A stretch of DNA of 53,462 nt, taken from positions 1 to 53,462 of the forward strand of contig JBGPXN010000009.1 in NCBI GenBank assembly GCA_041492755.1. Reading direction: 5' to 3'. This stretch comes from Candidatus Methylomirabilia bacterium. GTDB lineage: Bacteria; Methylomirabilota; Methylomirabilia; Rokubacteriales; CSP1-6. The position numbers and the translations under genes are program-made. A model generated the notes under the pieces. It searched no databases, was not told the DNA's origin, and worked only from the letters and a program-made list of their open reading frames with translations. Positions 28,259-37,818 of this stretch are shown here, in pieces. The stretch's first letter is position 1. Each line of letters starts with the position of its first letter.

Positions 28259-29152
28259 CTACAGCTGGCGAAGCTGCGGATCGAGCTTCACCCGCAGCCA
28301 GTCGCCGAGAAGGTTGGCGGCCAGGACCATCAGCATGATGCACAAGCCGGGCAGCACCGTCAGCCACCAGTAGCCCGCCATCATGCCCTTCTTGCCGTCG
28401 GCCAGCATGAGACCCCACGCCGGCTGCGGCGGCGGCACCCCGACCCCCAGGTAGGACAGCGTGGCCTCGGTCACGATGACCACGCCGAGGTACAGCGTGC
28501 CGAGCACGATGGCCGAGTTGAGCACGTTGGGCAGGATGTGACGGCGCATGATCGTGCGCTTGGAGCAGCCGGCCACGATGGCCAGCCGCACGAAGTCGCG
28601 CTCGCGCAGGGACAGCACCTCGCCCCGTATGACCCGGGCGTAGCGCGTCCAGAACACGGCGGCGAGGATGATCACGATGTTCGTCGCGCTCGGACCCACC
28701 ACGGCGGCCAGGAAGATGGCGAAGGTCAGCGCGGGGAGGGCGAGCCAGGTGTCGGTGATCCGCATGATGACCTGATCGACCCAGCCGCCGAGGTAGCCGG
28801 CGAGGATCCCCAGCGTGGTGCCGAGGAACCCGGCCACGATGACCGCGGTGAAGCTGACGACCAGCGACACGCGGGCGCCGAAGATCAGTCGCGAGAAGAC
28901 GTCGCGCCCGAGGTGGTCGGTCCCGAGGGAGTGCGCCATGCTGCCGCCGGTCTGCCAGGCCGGGGGACGGAAGCGGTCGCCGAGGACGCCGATCTGAGGA
29001 TCGTAGGGGGCGATGGCGTCGGCGAAGATCGCGAGGAGGGCGAACCCCACGATGATGCAGATGGGGATGAGGGGGAAGCCCTCGGTCCGGACGGACCGGA
29101 CGGAGGCGAGGCCCCGGCGGAGCGTGAGAGCGGCAGCCTGACTCGTCGTCAT
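28259..29152 (-). CDS. ABC permease (OppC/DppC-like)
   Basis: LGTDHLGRDVFSR, RHILPN, LSYLGVGVPPP. Confidence 0.93.
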   Translation of the reverse strand: MTTSQAAALTLRRGLASVRSVRTEGFPLIPICIIVGFALLAIFADAIAPYDPQIGVLGDRFRPPAWQTGGSMAHSLGTDHLGRDVFSRLIFGARVSLVVSFTAVIVAGFLGTTLGILAGYLGGWVDQVIMRITDTWLALPALTFAIFLAAVVGPSATNIVIILAAVFWTRYARVIRGEVLSLRERDFVRLAIVAGCSKRTIMRRHILPNVLNSAIVLGTLYLGVVIVTEATLSYLGVGVPPPQPAWGLMLADGKKGMMAGYWWLTVLPGLCIMLMVLAANLLGDWLRVKLDPQLRQL

Positions 29153-29176
29153 TGCGTCGTTCCTTCTTTCCGGCGC

Positions 29177-30097
29177 TTACCGGTCATAGCGGATTCTCGG
29201 ATCGATGACGGCATAGAGTATGTCCACGATCAGGCTGACGACGATGATCATGGCCCCGCCCAGGATCACGGTCGCCTGGACAATCGGGAAGTCGCGGAAG
29301 CTGATCCCTTCGAAGAGCAGGCGCCCGACCCCCGGCCAGGCGAACACCGTCTCCACCACCACCGCCACGTTCACCATGATGACGAGGTTGATGCCGGCCA
29401 GGGTGAGGACGGGGATGAGGGCGTTCTTGAAGGCGTGCTTGCCGATGACCAGCGCCTCCGACAGGCCCTTGAGCCGCGCCAGCTTCACGTACTCGGAGCC
29501 CAGCACCTCGAGCATCGAGGACCGGGTCAGCCGCATGTGGGCCGCGGCGAAGAACCAGCCCAGCGCGATGGCCGGCATCACCATGTGGAGCACGGTGCCG
29601 GACCCCGAGGACGGGAGCCAGCCGAGATAGACGGAGAAGAAGAGGATCATGAGGAGGCCGACCCAGAACGACGGCATGGACAGGCCGAGCAGCGCGAACA
29701 TCTTGCCCCCGCTGTCCCACCAGCCGTTCACGCGCACGGCGGCGATGATCCCGCTGGGGATCCCGAGCAGGAGCGAGAAGAACATGGCCGCCCCGGCCAG
29801 CATCAGCGAGTACGGCAGGCGGTCCATGTAGATCTCCAGCACGGGGGACCGGTAGTAGAACGACTTGCCAAAGTCGCCGCGGAGGAGGTCGCCGGCGAAG
29901 CTGAGATACTGCACCCACAGCGACCGGTCGAGACCGAGCTGTTTTCGCACTTCGGTGAGATCGGCCTGGCTCGCCCCCGGCTCCACCAGGAGCACGGCGG
30001 GATCGCCGGTGACGCGGACGAACAGGAAGATCGTCACGGAAAGCAGAAAGAGGGAGATCATCGAATAGAGGATGCGTCGCGCGATGTAGCGTTTCAT
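29177..30097 (-). CDS. ABC permease (OppB/DppB-like)
   Basis: GDFGKS, SMPSFW, RLTRSSMLEVL, ETVFAWPGVG, IDPRIR. Start ATG 30097. Confidence 0.93.
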   Translation of the reverse strand: MKRYIARRILYSMISLFLLSVTIFLFVRVTGDPAVLLVEPGASQADLTEVRKQLGLDRSLWVQYLSFAGDLLRGDFGKSFYYRSPVLEIYMDRLPYSLMLAGAAMFFSLLLGIPSGIIAAVRVNGWWDSGGKMFALLGLSMPSFWVGLLMILFFSVYLGWLPSSGSGTVLHMVMPAIALGWFFAAAHMRLTRSSMLEVLGSEYVKLARLKGLSEALVIGKHAFKNALIPVLTLAGINLVIMVNVAVVVETVFAWPGVGRLLFEGISFRDFPIVQATVILGGAMIIVVSLIVDILYAVIDPRIRYDR

Positions 30098-30108
30098 GTC
30101 TTCCCCTT

Positions 30109-30255
30109 CTACTGCTTGAGACGGAGGTCCTCGTAGGGTGACGAATATGTCATCTGGCCAGCGGGCGCAGTCGTCGCCGTATCGCTGCGCGCCAGGGTCA
30201 GCGCTAGCAGCGCGACGAACACGAAACGAGCTGGGCTCTGGGGCCGGATGGTCAT
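30109..30255 (-). pseudogene. ABC substrate-binding protein gene with an almost total in-frame internal deletion
   Basis: Signal peptide + APAGQMT is joined directly to a C-terminal YSSPYEDLRLKQ* (48 aa) at the SBP position of the operon. Confidence 0.7.
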
Positions 30256-30358
30256 CGAGTCCACCCTTCCAGGGGAAGGGTGGCTGATTATACATAAGGT
30301 CCCGGCTGTCAACCTCCGGACCCCATCCCGGGCCAGATTGCCGGCCGCGATGGCCGTC

Positions 30359-30406
30359 GGGGGGCGGTGCTCGGCTGCGCCGTCGCCCCCCACCCCCAAG
30401 CGCTCT
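30359..30406 (+). repeat. divergent partial copy of the REP-like repeat
   Basis: GGGGGG...CCCCCC-ACCCCCAAGCGCTC architecture as in copies 1 and 2. Confidence 0.4.
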
Positions 30407-30518
30407 CCGGGGGGTACCCCTACGCTCCCCGACCTCCATCCTGGACGCTGTGCCGTTTGACGGTACTGGCAGCGCAGGCTACGCTGGCGATCCGTCCGCG
30501 CCGGACGAGGAGGTCCTG

Positions 30519-30791
30519 ATGACCGCGCAGCGCTTCCGCATCATCGATGCCGACGGGCACGTGATGGAGCCCGTCGGGATGTGGGAACGCTACATCGACC
30601 CCGCGTTCCGTGCGCGCGCGCCTCGCCTCGTGAAAGAGGGCGACGGCCACACGCGCTTCACCACCGAGGGCCGGATGCTCCCGCGATCGGAACACCGATC
30701 TGCCGCCCATTCGCTTCGTCATGGATCCGGAGATCCCCGTCGTCCGCGGCACGCGGCGCATCCGGTGACCGGCCGCTCACGCATGCGGTGA
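30519..30791 (+). pseudogene. N-terminal fragment of an Amidohydro_2 family protein
   Basis: GAGGAGG RBS; IIDADGHVMEP...W...RARAPR, then the protein-like sequence is lost after ~65 aa. Confidence 0.7.
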
Positions 30792-30825
30792 GCGGCACCG
30801 CTCCCGTTCGGAGGAGGTGGATCCC

Positions 30826-32253
30826 ATGCTCGATCTGATCGTCCGCGGCGGAACGGTGGTGAGCGCCCAGGGCCAAGGCGCCTGGGACATCGGCATCGAA
30901 GCCGAGCGGATCGTGGCCGTGGCTGAGCCAGGCACGCTGCCGCCGGCGGGACGGGTCATCGACGCCCGCGGCAAGGTCGTCGTGCCCGGCGGCGTCGAGC
31001 CGCACACCCACCTCGCCCACTGGATCGGCATGCATCCGGACGAGAACCTCTACACGCTGGGGCCGGAGGACGACACGCGCGGCATGGCCTTCGGCGGCAC
31101 CACGACGCACATCGACTTCTGCTGGGTGCGGCCGGGCGCGGACGTCGGGCCCACCATCGAGCGGCGGCTCGCGCGCTGGAAGGGCCAATCGCACGTCGAC
31201 TACTCGTTCCACGTCGCGCTCTGCGGCCCGCTCGAGATCCGCGTGTTCGATCAGCTCGCCGACGCCGTCAAGGACGGGTTCCCGAGCTTCAAGGTCTTCA
31301 CCACCGAGATCCTGCCGCCCCATCCGAAGCGGCCGCCGGCGCGGCTCGACTTCGGCCGCATCCAGCTCGCCATGCAGAAGGTGGCGCCGGCCGGCGGCAT
31401 CATGGTGGTCCACGCCGAAGACCACGACATCGTGCAGTTCATGTACGAGAAGTTCCGGGAAGAGAAGCGGATGGAGGGCGCCAACCTGCCCCTCGTCCAC
31501 AACAAGCTGTCCGAGCTGCTGTCGTTCCACCGGACGATCCAGCTCAGCGCGCACAGCGGCGCGGGGATCTACTTCGTGCACACGTCGGCGCGGGAAGGAG
31601 TCGAGGCGGTCGCGGCGGCCCGGGCCTCGGGGCTGCCGGTGTATGCCGAGACGCTGCACCACTATGCCACCTTCACTGCGGAGGATTACCGGGCGCCGCG
31701 CGGCTTCTGCTACCACACGTACCCGTCGCTCAAGTACCCCGACGACCGCCAGGCGCTCTGGGACGGTCTCCTGAGCGGCGCGGTGGCGACCACGGCCACC
31801 GACGAGTTCCCCACCTCGCTCGACCTGAAGCTCCGCGGCAAGACCATCGAGGACGTGACCGGCGGCAACCTCGGCGCGGAGGCGCGGATGGGGATCGTGT
31901 ACACCGAGGGTGTCGTCAAGCGGGGCATGTCGCTGGAACGGTTTGCCGAGGTCACGTCCACCAACGCGGCCCGCATCATGGGGCTCTACCCCCGGAAAGG
32001 CGTCATCGCGCCCGGCAGCGACGCCGACGTCGCGATCATCGATCCGACCATCAGCCGGACGCTGACCCGCGACGACTTCCACGTCAGCGACTACAGCCCC
32101 TGGGAGGGCTGGGACGTGCGGGGCTGGCCGGTGACGACGATCCTGCGCGGCAAGGTGATCGTGGAAAACGGGCGACTCGCCGGTCAGGTCGGTGACGGTC
32201 AACTCATTCCGCGCAAGGTCGATCCGGTCGTGCTGCGCCGCCCCGCCTGCTGA
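30826..32253 (+). CDS. dihydropyrimidinase/hydantoinase-like cyclic amidohydrolase
   Basis: PGGVEPHTH, GGTTTHIDF, SFKVF, HAED, ATDE, KGVIAPGSDAD. Confidence 0.88.
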   Translation: MLDLIVRGGTVVSAQGQGAWDIGIEAERIVAVAEPGTLPPAGRVIDARGKVVVPGGVEPHTHLAHWIGMHPDENLYTLGPEDDTRGMAFGGTTTHIDFCWVRPGADVGPTIERRLARWKGQSHVDYSFHVALCGPLEIRVFDQLADAVKDGFPSFKVFTTEILPPHPKRPPARLDFGRIQLAMQKVAPAGGIMVVHAEDHDIVQFMYEKFREEKRMEGANLPLVHNKLSELLSFHRTIQLSAHSGAGIYFVHTSAREGVEAVAAARASGLPVYAETLHHYATFTAEDYRAPRGFCYHTYPSLKYPDDRQALWDGLLSGAVATTATDEFPTSLDLKLRGKTIEDVTGGNLGAEARMGIVYTEGVVKRGMSLERFAEVTSTNAARIMGLYPRKGVIAPGSDADVAIIDPTISRTLTRDDFHVSDYSPWEGWDVRGWPVTTILRGKVIVENGRLAGQVGDGQLIPRKVDPVVLRRPAC

Positions 32254-32368
32254 CCCGGCGGCGGTACCGCGGACGGGGGTACCGGCTGGCTGGTACAGTG
32301 CGGTGGAGACCGTGATAGGTCCCCGCCGACGGGCGTGTCGCGAGCCCGCGCGCTATGAGAGGCCATCT

Positions 32369-33340
32369 ATGCTGAGGTTCGCGCTACTCGGGCTCGGCGC
32401 CGCCGCGCTGGTTGGACTGCTGATCGGCATGGGGTCCGAAACCATCCTCGCCTCGTTCTCGGCGCTGTCCTGGAGCCTCCTCGTCGTCCTCGTCTTCCCG
32501 TTCGTGCTCATCAGCGTGTTCGACACGCTGGGCTGGCACTACGCCTTCAGCCGGAACCTCGTGCCGTTCGGCGCCCTCTTCGCGGCGCGGATGGCGGGAG
32601 AAGCGGTCAACATGGGCACGCCCACTGCCTCCATCGGCGGCGAGGTGGTCAAGGCCTGGTTGCTTCGTCCGCACGTGGCCATGGACGAGAGCGTGCCGTC
32701 GGTCATCATCGCCAAGACGACGATCACGATCGCGCAAGGGCTCTTCCTCGCCGTCGGCATCGCGGTGGCGTGGCCGACGATGATGGGCGATTCCGCGTTG
32801 CTGCGCGGCATGGAGTGGCTGCTGCTGGTCGAGGTGCTGGCCGTCGGTGGCTTCGTTCTGGTGCAGCTGGGCGGGGCGTTTTCCGGCGTCGCGTGGGCGG
32901 CGCGGCGGCTCGGCGTGGCGGACACGATCCGTGCGCTGGTGCCGCTGGACGACGCGCTTCGCCGGTTCTACCTCTCCCGTCCCCGCCGCCTGGCCCTGTC
33001 CATCGCCTGCCACTTCATCGGCTGGGTCCTGAGCGCGCTGGAGACATACATCATCCTCCGGCTGCTCGGCGTGCCGCTCTCTCTCGTCACGGCCGTCGTC
33101 ATCGAAGCGTTCAGCACCGCCGTCCGCTTCGCGACCTTCCTGGTGCCGGCGAGCCTGGGCGTGCTCGAGGGCGGCCACGTCGCGGCGTTCGTGGCGCTGG
33201 GCCTCGGCGCCAGCGCCGGGTTGTCCTTCAGCCTGGTCCGCCGTGTCCGCGAGGCCACCTGGCTGATCGCGGGTCTCGTCGCCTTCGCCGTGATGCGGTC
33301 CGTCCGGTCGGTGGCCCCCGCCGTCTCGCCCGGCGGCTGA
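32369..33340 (+). CDS. lysylphosphatidylglycerol synthase TM / flippase-like protein
   Basis: RMAGEAVN...TPTASIGGE, FLVPASLGVLEG, LVRRVRE. Confidence 0.8.
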   Translation: MLRFALLGLGAAALVGLLIGMGSETILASFSALSWSLLVVLVFPFVLISVFDTLGWHYAFSRNLVPFGALFAARMAGEAVNMGTPTASIGGEVVKAWLLRPHVAMDESVPSVIIAKTTITIAQGLFLAVGIAVAWPTMMGDSALLRGMEWLLLVEVLAVGGFVLVQLGGAFSGVAWAARRLGVADTIRALVPLDDALRRFYLSRPRRLALSIACHFIGWVLSALETYIILRLLGVPLSLVTAVVIEAFSTAVRFATFLVPASLGVLEGGHVAAFVALGLGASAGLSFSLVRRVREATWLIAGLVAFAVMRSVRSVAPAVSPGG

Positions 33341-33350
33341 GCGTCCAGCC

Positions 33351-35213
33351 GTGTGCGGGATCGCGGGGTTCCTGGCTCCCGGCGGAGTCCGCGCTGATCC
33401 CGATCTGCTCACGCGGATGGTGGGGGCGCTGCGCCACCGCGGTCCCGATGCGGTCGGTTATCACGTCGAGGACAACGTCGCCCTCGGCGTGGCGCGATTG
33501 CGCGTCGTCGATCTCGTCCACGGCGATCAGCCGCTCGCCAACGAGGACGGCACCGTGCACGTCGTGCTCAACGGCGAGATCTACAACTTTCGCAATCTCC
33601 GCGAGCGTCTGCGTGCCCGCGGCCACCGCTTCACCAGCGCGGGCGACACGGAAGTCATCGCCCACGCGTGGGAGGAGGAGGGCGAGGGCTGTCTCGACGC
33701 CTTCAACGGGATGTTCGCCCTCGCGCTGTGGGACCGCGCGCGCCGCCTCCTGTTCCTGGCGCGCGACCGGATGGGCGAGAAGCCGCTCTACTGGACGGAC
33801 GCCGGCGGCTGGCTGGTGTTCGCCTCCGAGCTGCGCGCGCTCCTGGCTCACCCCGCCGTGTCCCGTGAGCTCGATCCCGCCGGCGTCGCCCGCTACCTCG
33901 CCTACGACTACGTGCCCGACCCGCACGCGATCCTGCGCGGCGTGCAGAAGCTGCCCCCGGCCCACGTGCTCGTGGCCACCGACGGCAAGCGCCGTGTCCA
34001 GCGCTACTGGGAGATCCCGTTTGCCCCGGATCCCTCGCCGAGCGAGGCCTCGTGGTGCGCCCGCATCGCCGCCGGGCTCGATGCCGCGGTCGCGCGGCGG
34101 CTCGAAGCCGACGTCCCCCTCGGCTGCTTCCTGAGCGGCGGCATCGACTCCACCGCGATCGCGGCGACCGCCGCGCGCGCTCGGCCCGGCATCGCCACGT
34201 TCTCCATCGGCTTCGCGGAGGCGCTCTACGACGAGGGCCGCTTCGCCCGCCTGGTGGCCGAGCGCATCGGCGCCCACCACGAAGAGCTCGTGATGACCGC
34301 GACGGACGCCGCCGCGGTGCTCGAGCGGCTGGGCGAGCTGCTCGACGAGCCGATCGCCGACATGAGCTTCGTGCCGCTCTATCTGTTGTCGCGCGCCGCG
34401 CGCGCCCGGGTCACCGTCGCGCTCACCGGCGATGGCGGCGACGAGCTCTTCGCGGGGTATCCCTCGATGGGGGCGGCGTGGTGGCAGGGCGCGTTCGGGC
34501 GGCTGCCGCGCCGGGTGCGCGAGGCGCTGGCGTTGGCGGCCGATCGGGTCCCGTTCACTCCCCCCCCGTTGCGCGATTTTCTGCACGCGCTCGGGTACCG
34601 ACCCTCGGTGCGGAACCAGGTCCTGATCGGCGGGCTACCGCCGGCCCGCCATGCCGGTCTGCTGTCGGCGGAGATGCGATCGGCGCTGGGGGCGTTCGAT
34701 CCGTATGACGACATCGAGCACGCGCTTCAAGGCTGCGTCACCGACGACCCGGTTGGCCGCCTCATCCACGGCTACTGCAAGCTCTACCTGGCCGGGCAAA
34801 ACCTGGCCAACGCCGACCGCGCCAGCATGGCGGTGGGCCTGGAGCTCCGCGCGCCGTTCCTCGACCACGAGTTCGTCGCGCTCACGGGCCGCATCCCGTC
34901 TCGGCTCAAACTCCGCGGCCTCGGCGCCCTCAAGCAGCTCCTCAAGCGCGCGCTCGCCGATCGCCTCCCGCCCGAAGTGCTCCGCCGCGGCAAGCACGGC
35001 TTCACGGTCCCGTTCGGCGAATGGTTCCGCGGCCCGCTCGCTCCGGTGCTCCGCGACACGCTGGCGACCGAACACGTGCGCGCGGGCGGCATCTTCGACC
35101 CCGCCGCGGTCAGCCGTCTCGTCGACGAGCATGTCAGTGGCCGCCGCAATCACGGGAAGCTCCTCTGGTCTCTGTTCGTATTCGAGCGCTGGCGCGCAGC
35201 TCAGCTCGGCTAG
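33351..35213 (+). CDS. asnB: asparagine synthase-like amidotransferase (glutamine-hydrolysing)
   Basis: MCGIAG, HRGPD, NGEIYN, LSGGIDS, GDGGDELF, RAPFLD. Confidence 0.92.
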   Translation: MCGIAGFLAPGGVRADPDLLTRMVGALRHRGPDAVGYHVEDNVALGVARLRVVDLVHGDQPLANEDGTVHVVLNGEIYNFRNLRERLRARGHRFTSAGDTEVIAHAWEEEGEGCLDAFNGMFALALWDRARRLLFLARDRMGEKPLYWTDAGGWLVFASELRALLAHPAVSRELDPAGVARYLAYDYVPDPHAILRGVQKLPPAHVLVATDGKRRVQRYWEIPFAPDPSPSEASWCARIAAGLDAAVARRLEADVPLGCFLSGGIDSTAIAATAARARPGIATFSIGFAEALYDEGRFARLVAERIGAHHEELVMTATDAAAVLERLGELLDEPIADMSFVPLYLLSRAARARVTVALTGDGGDELFAGYPSMGAAWWQGAFGRLPRRVREALALAADRVPFTPPPLRDFLHALGYRPSVRNQVLIGGLPPARHAGLLSAEMRSALGAFDPYDDIEHALQGCVTDDPVGRLIHGYCKLYLAGQNLANADRASMAVGLELRAPFLDHEFVALTGRIPSRLKLRGLGALKQLLKRALADRLPPEVLRRGKHGFTVPFGEWFRGPLAPVLRDTLATEHVRAGGIFDPAAVSRLVDEHVSGRRNHGKLLWSLFVFERWRAAQLG

Positions 35214-35443
35214 CCCAACCTCGACGGTCGCCGTGGAAGCTCGGCTCGCCTCGCCCGACCGTCACCCCGCGTCAGCGGCGGGGTCGGGGCAGGGGCGCGG
35301 AGCGAATCGTTGGGGCGGCGTCCGGCCCCGGCCCCGCCCAAGCACGGTCACGCCGAAACAGCGGCCGCCCGGCTGACTCGCGCCCGCGGGCATCGAAGCG
35401 CCAGTCGCGTTACGATCACGCCCACCCCAACCAGGAGGATCGA

Positions 35444-35887
35444 ATGGAACGCAGCTACATTTCGCTCACGACTGATCGCGCGCGCGGTATCCCCGGACTC
35501 AAGGATGCCGGTGTTCCCGCGGTGTTCTGCGACGCGGTGCGCGTGGACCTCACGGAGTGCACGCTCCTCTACATCTCCGGGCGGCTGTCGACGGATGCCA
35601 GCGGCGCGGTTGCCGGCGGGACCATGGGTGAGCAAACCCGCGGGGTGCTGGACGGGATCAAGCGGGTGGTCGAGCGTGAGGGGGGGACGATGGACGACAT
35701 CGTTCGTGTTCGGGTGTTCGTCGCGGCGATCGATCCGGACGCGCTGAGGCAGATCCACGGCGTGCGGAGCGAGTACTGGACGCCCGGCCGCTATCCCTCG
35801 AGCACCCTCGTGCAGGTGAGCGGGTTCGTGCGCCCGGGCGCGTTGATCGAGATCGACGCCGACGCCGTGGTGGCCCGCAAGAGGTAG
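35444..35887 (+). CDS. RidA/YjgF family protein
   Basis: AGGAGG RBS; LYISG, GGTMDDIV, PSSTLVQV, IEIDADA. Confidence 0.85.
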   Translation: MERSYISLTTDRARGIPGLKDAGVPAVFCDAVRVDLTECTLLYISGRLSTDASGAVAGGTMGEQTRGVLDGIKRVVEREGGTMDDIVRVRVFVAAIDPDALRQIHGVRSEYWTPGRYPSSTLVQVSGFVRPGALIEIDADAVVARKR

Positions 35888-35896
35888 GATGAGGTC

Positions 35897-37060
35897 ATGA
35901 CACGGCCACTGCGCCTGCCCCGAGCCGACGGAAGCGTCGTGGAGTACACGCCCGGCCCCGCGCGGGAGTGGCCACGCCCGGCGCGTCCCATCACCGGTCG
36001 GGTGCCGTTTGCCGCCGTCCACGTCGTCGCCGACCCGTGGGCCGACGTCAGTCCGACGCTGGAGACGCGGCCCGACTGGGAGGCGACGCTCGCCTATCGC
36101 CGATACGTCTGGTCGTACGGGCTGGCGGTGGCGGAGGCGATGGATACCGCGCAGCGGGGCATGGGCCTGCCGTGGCCGCTGGCCGCCGAGCTCATCACGC
36201 GCTCCATCGCCGAAGCCCGCGCCTGCGGCGGGCAGCTCGCCTGCGGCGCCGGGACCGATCAGCTCGAGCCCTCGCCGCGGGTCACGGTCTCCGACGTCGA
36301 GGCGGCCTACGAGGAGCAGTGCGCGCACATCGAGCACGCGGGCGGTCGCATCATCGTGATGGCCAGCCGCGCCCTCGCCGCCTGCGCGAAGAGCGCGGAC
36401 GACTACGTGAAGGTGTACGGGCGGCTGCTCTCGCAGGTCGCGGAGCCCGTGATCATCCACTGGCTCGGGGACATGTTCGATCCCGCGCTGGCCGGCTACT
36501 GGGGCTCGCGCGATCTCGACGCGGCCATGCAGGTGCTGCTGGCGATCGTGCGTGAGCACGCGGCCAAGGTGGACGGCATCAAGGTCTCCCTGCTCGATCA
36601 GGCGCGGGAGATCGCGATGCGCCGGCAGCTTCCGGCCGGGGTGCGCATGTACACCGGCGACGACTTCGACTATCCGACGACCATCCGCGGCGATGCGCAC
36701 GGCCACAGCGACGCGCTGCTCGGCATCTTCGACGCCATCGCCCCGGCGGCTTCGGCTGCGCTGCAGGCGCTCGATGCCGGCGACGTTCGGCGCTACCAGG
36801 ACGTCTTCGCGCCCACGCTGCCCCTGTCCCGCCACATCTTCGGGGCGCCCACGCGCTTCTACAAGACGGGCGTGGTGTTCCTGGCCTACCTCAATGGGCA
36901 TCAGTCGCACTTCCGCGTGGTGGGCGGGCTCGAGGGCGCGCGCTCGGCCGTGCATCTGGCCGAGCTCTTCGTTCTCGCCGATCGGGCCGGTGTGCTACGG
37001 GACGCCGAGGTGGCGATCGTGCGAATGCGTCACGTCATGGCGCTCGCCGGGGTGAGCTGA
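35897..37060 (+). CDS. DUF993 family (DHDPS-like TIM barrel) protein
   Basis: AEAMDTAQRGMGL, GAGTD, HWLGDMFDP, GIKVSLLD, YTGDDF. Confidence 0.85.
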   Translation: MTRPLRLPRADGSVVEYTPGPAREWPRPARPITGRVPFAAVHVVADPWADVSPTLETRPDWEATLAYRRYVWSYGLAVAEAMDTAQRGMGLPWPLAAELITRSIAEARACGGQLACGAGTDQLEPSPRVTVSDVEAAYEEQCAHIEHAGGRIIVMASRALAACAKSADDYVKVYGRLLSQVAEPVIIHWLGDMFDPALAGYWGSRDLDAAMQVLLAIVREHAAKVDGIKVSLLDQAREIAMRRQLPAGVRMYTGDDFDYPTTIRGDAHGHSDALLGIFDAIAPAASAALQALDAGDVRRYQDVFAPTLPLSRHIFGAPTRFYKTGVVFLAYLNGHQSHFRVVGGLEGARSAVHLAELFVLADRAGVLRDAEVAIVRMRHVMALAGVS

Positions 37061-37093
37061 CATTCCCTTTCCTGATCGTTGCCGATCGCCTGG

Positions 37094-37756
37094 CTAAACC
37101 GGCCACCCTTCCCGCCGCCAACCCATGTCCCAGAACATCCACTCGTAGCGGCTCGTCGTCACGAAGTGCCGCCGCATCACGTCTGCCTCGTGGGGTTGCA
37201 GGCGGCTCGCGACCACGTCCACCGCGTCGATGACGGCGCGCACGACCGCGCCGAACTCGTCGGAGGCGTAGGTGCCGATCCAGCGCGTGTAGAGCGGGTC
37301 GGGAGAGCCGGCGCGCTCGAGCTCCTTGCCGACCTCCCAGTAGATCCAGTAGCAGGGCAGCAGCGCGGCGATGGCCTCGTGGAAGCCGGCGCCGTAGGCG
37401 ACGGCGAGCAGGTAGCTCGTGTAGGCCAGGTTCGTGGGCGCCAGCGGCGTCGACGCCACCTCCGCGGCACTGAGACCGAAGTCCCGGAAGAAGCTTTCGT
37501 GCAGCGCGCGCTCGACCCGCAGCGCGCCCGCGGCATGCTCGTTGAACATGATGATCCACTCATCCTGGGGCGCGCGCGCGGCCGCCATCGAGAGCCCGCG
37601 CGCGAACTCGCGCAGGTAGAGCGCGTCCTGGATGGCGTAGAAGCGAAAGCTCTCGCGGGGCAGGGAGCCGTCGGTGAGCCCGCGCACGAACGGGTGGCGC
37701 AGGATCGCCGCATAGATGGGCGCGATGGAGCGCCAGAGATCGGTCGAGAAGGTCAT
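37094..37756 (-). CDS. tenA: thiaminase II / aminopyrimidine aminohydrolase
   Basis: HPFV, YAIQDALYL, LLPCYWIY (catalytic Cys), EWMFW. Confidence 0.88.
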   Translation of the reverse strand: MTFSTDLWRSIAPIYAAILRHPFVRGLTDGSLPRESFRFYAIQDALYLREFARGLSMAAARAPQDEWIIMFNEHAAGALRVERALHESFFRDFGLSAAEVASTPLAPTNLAYTSYLLAVAYGAGFHEAIAALLPCYWIYWEVGKELERAGSPDPLYTRWIGTYASDEFGAVVRAVIDAVDVVASRLQPHEADVMRRHFVTTSRYEWMFWDMGWRREGWPV

Positions 37757-37818
37757 GGCCGGTGTCCCCGGTATTCTAGCGCGCTATGATAGGCGGCGAT
37801 CCGACCCCGGAGGGAATC

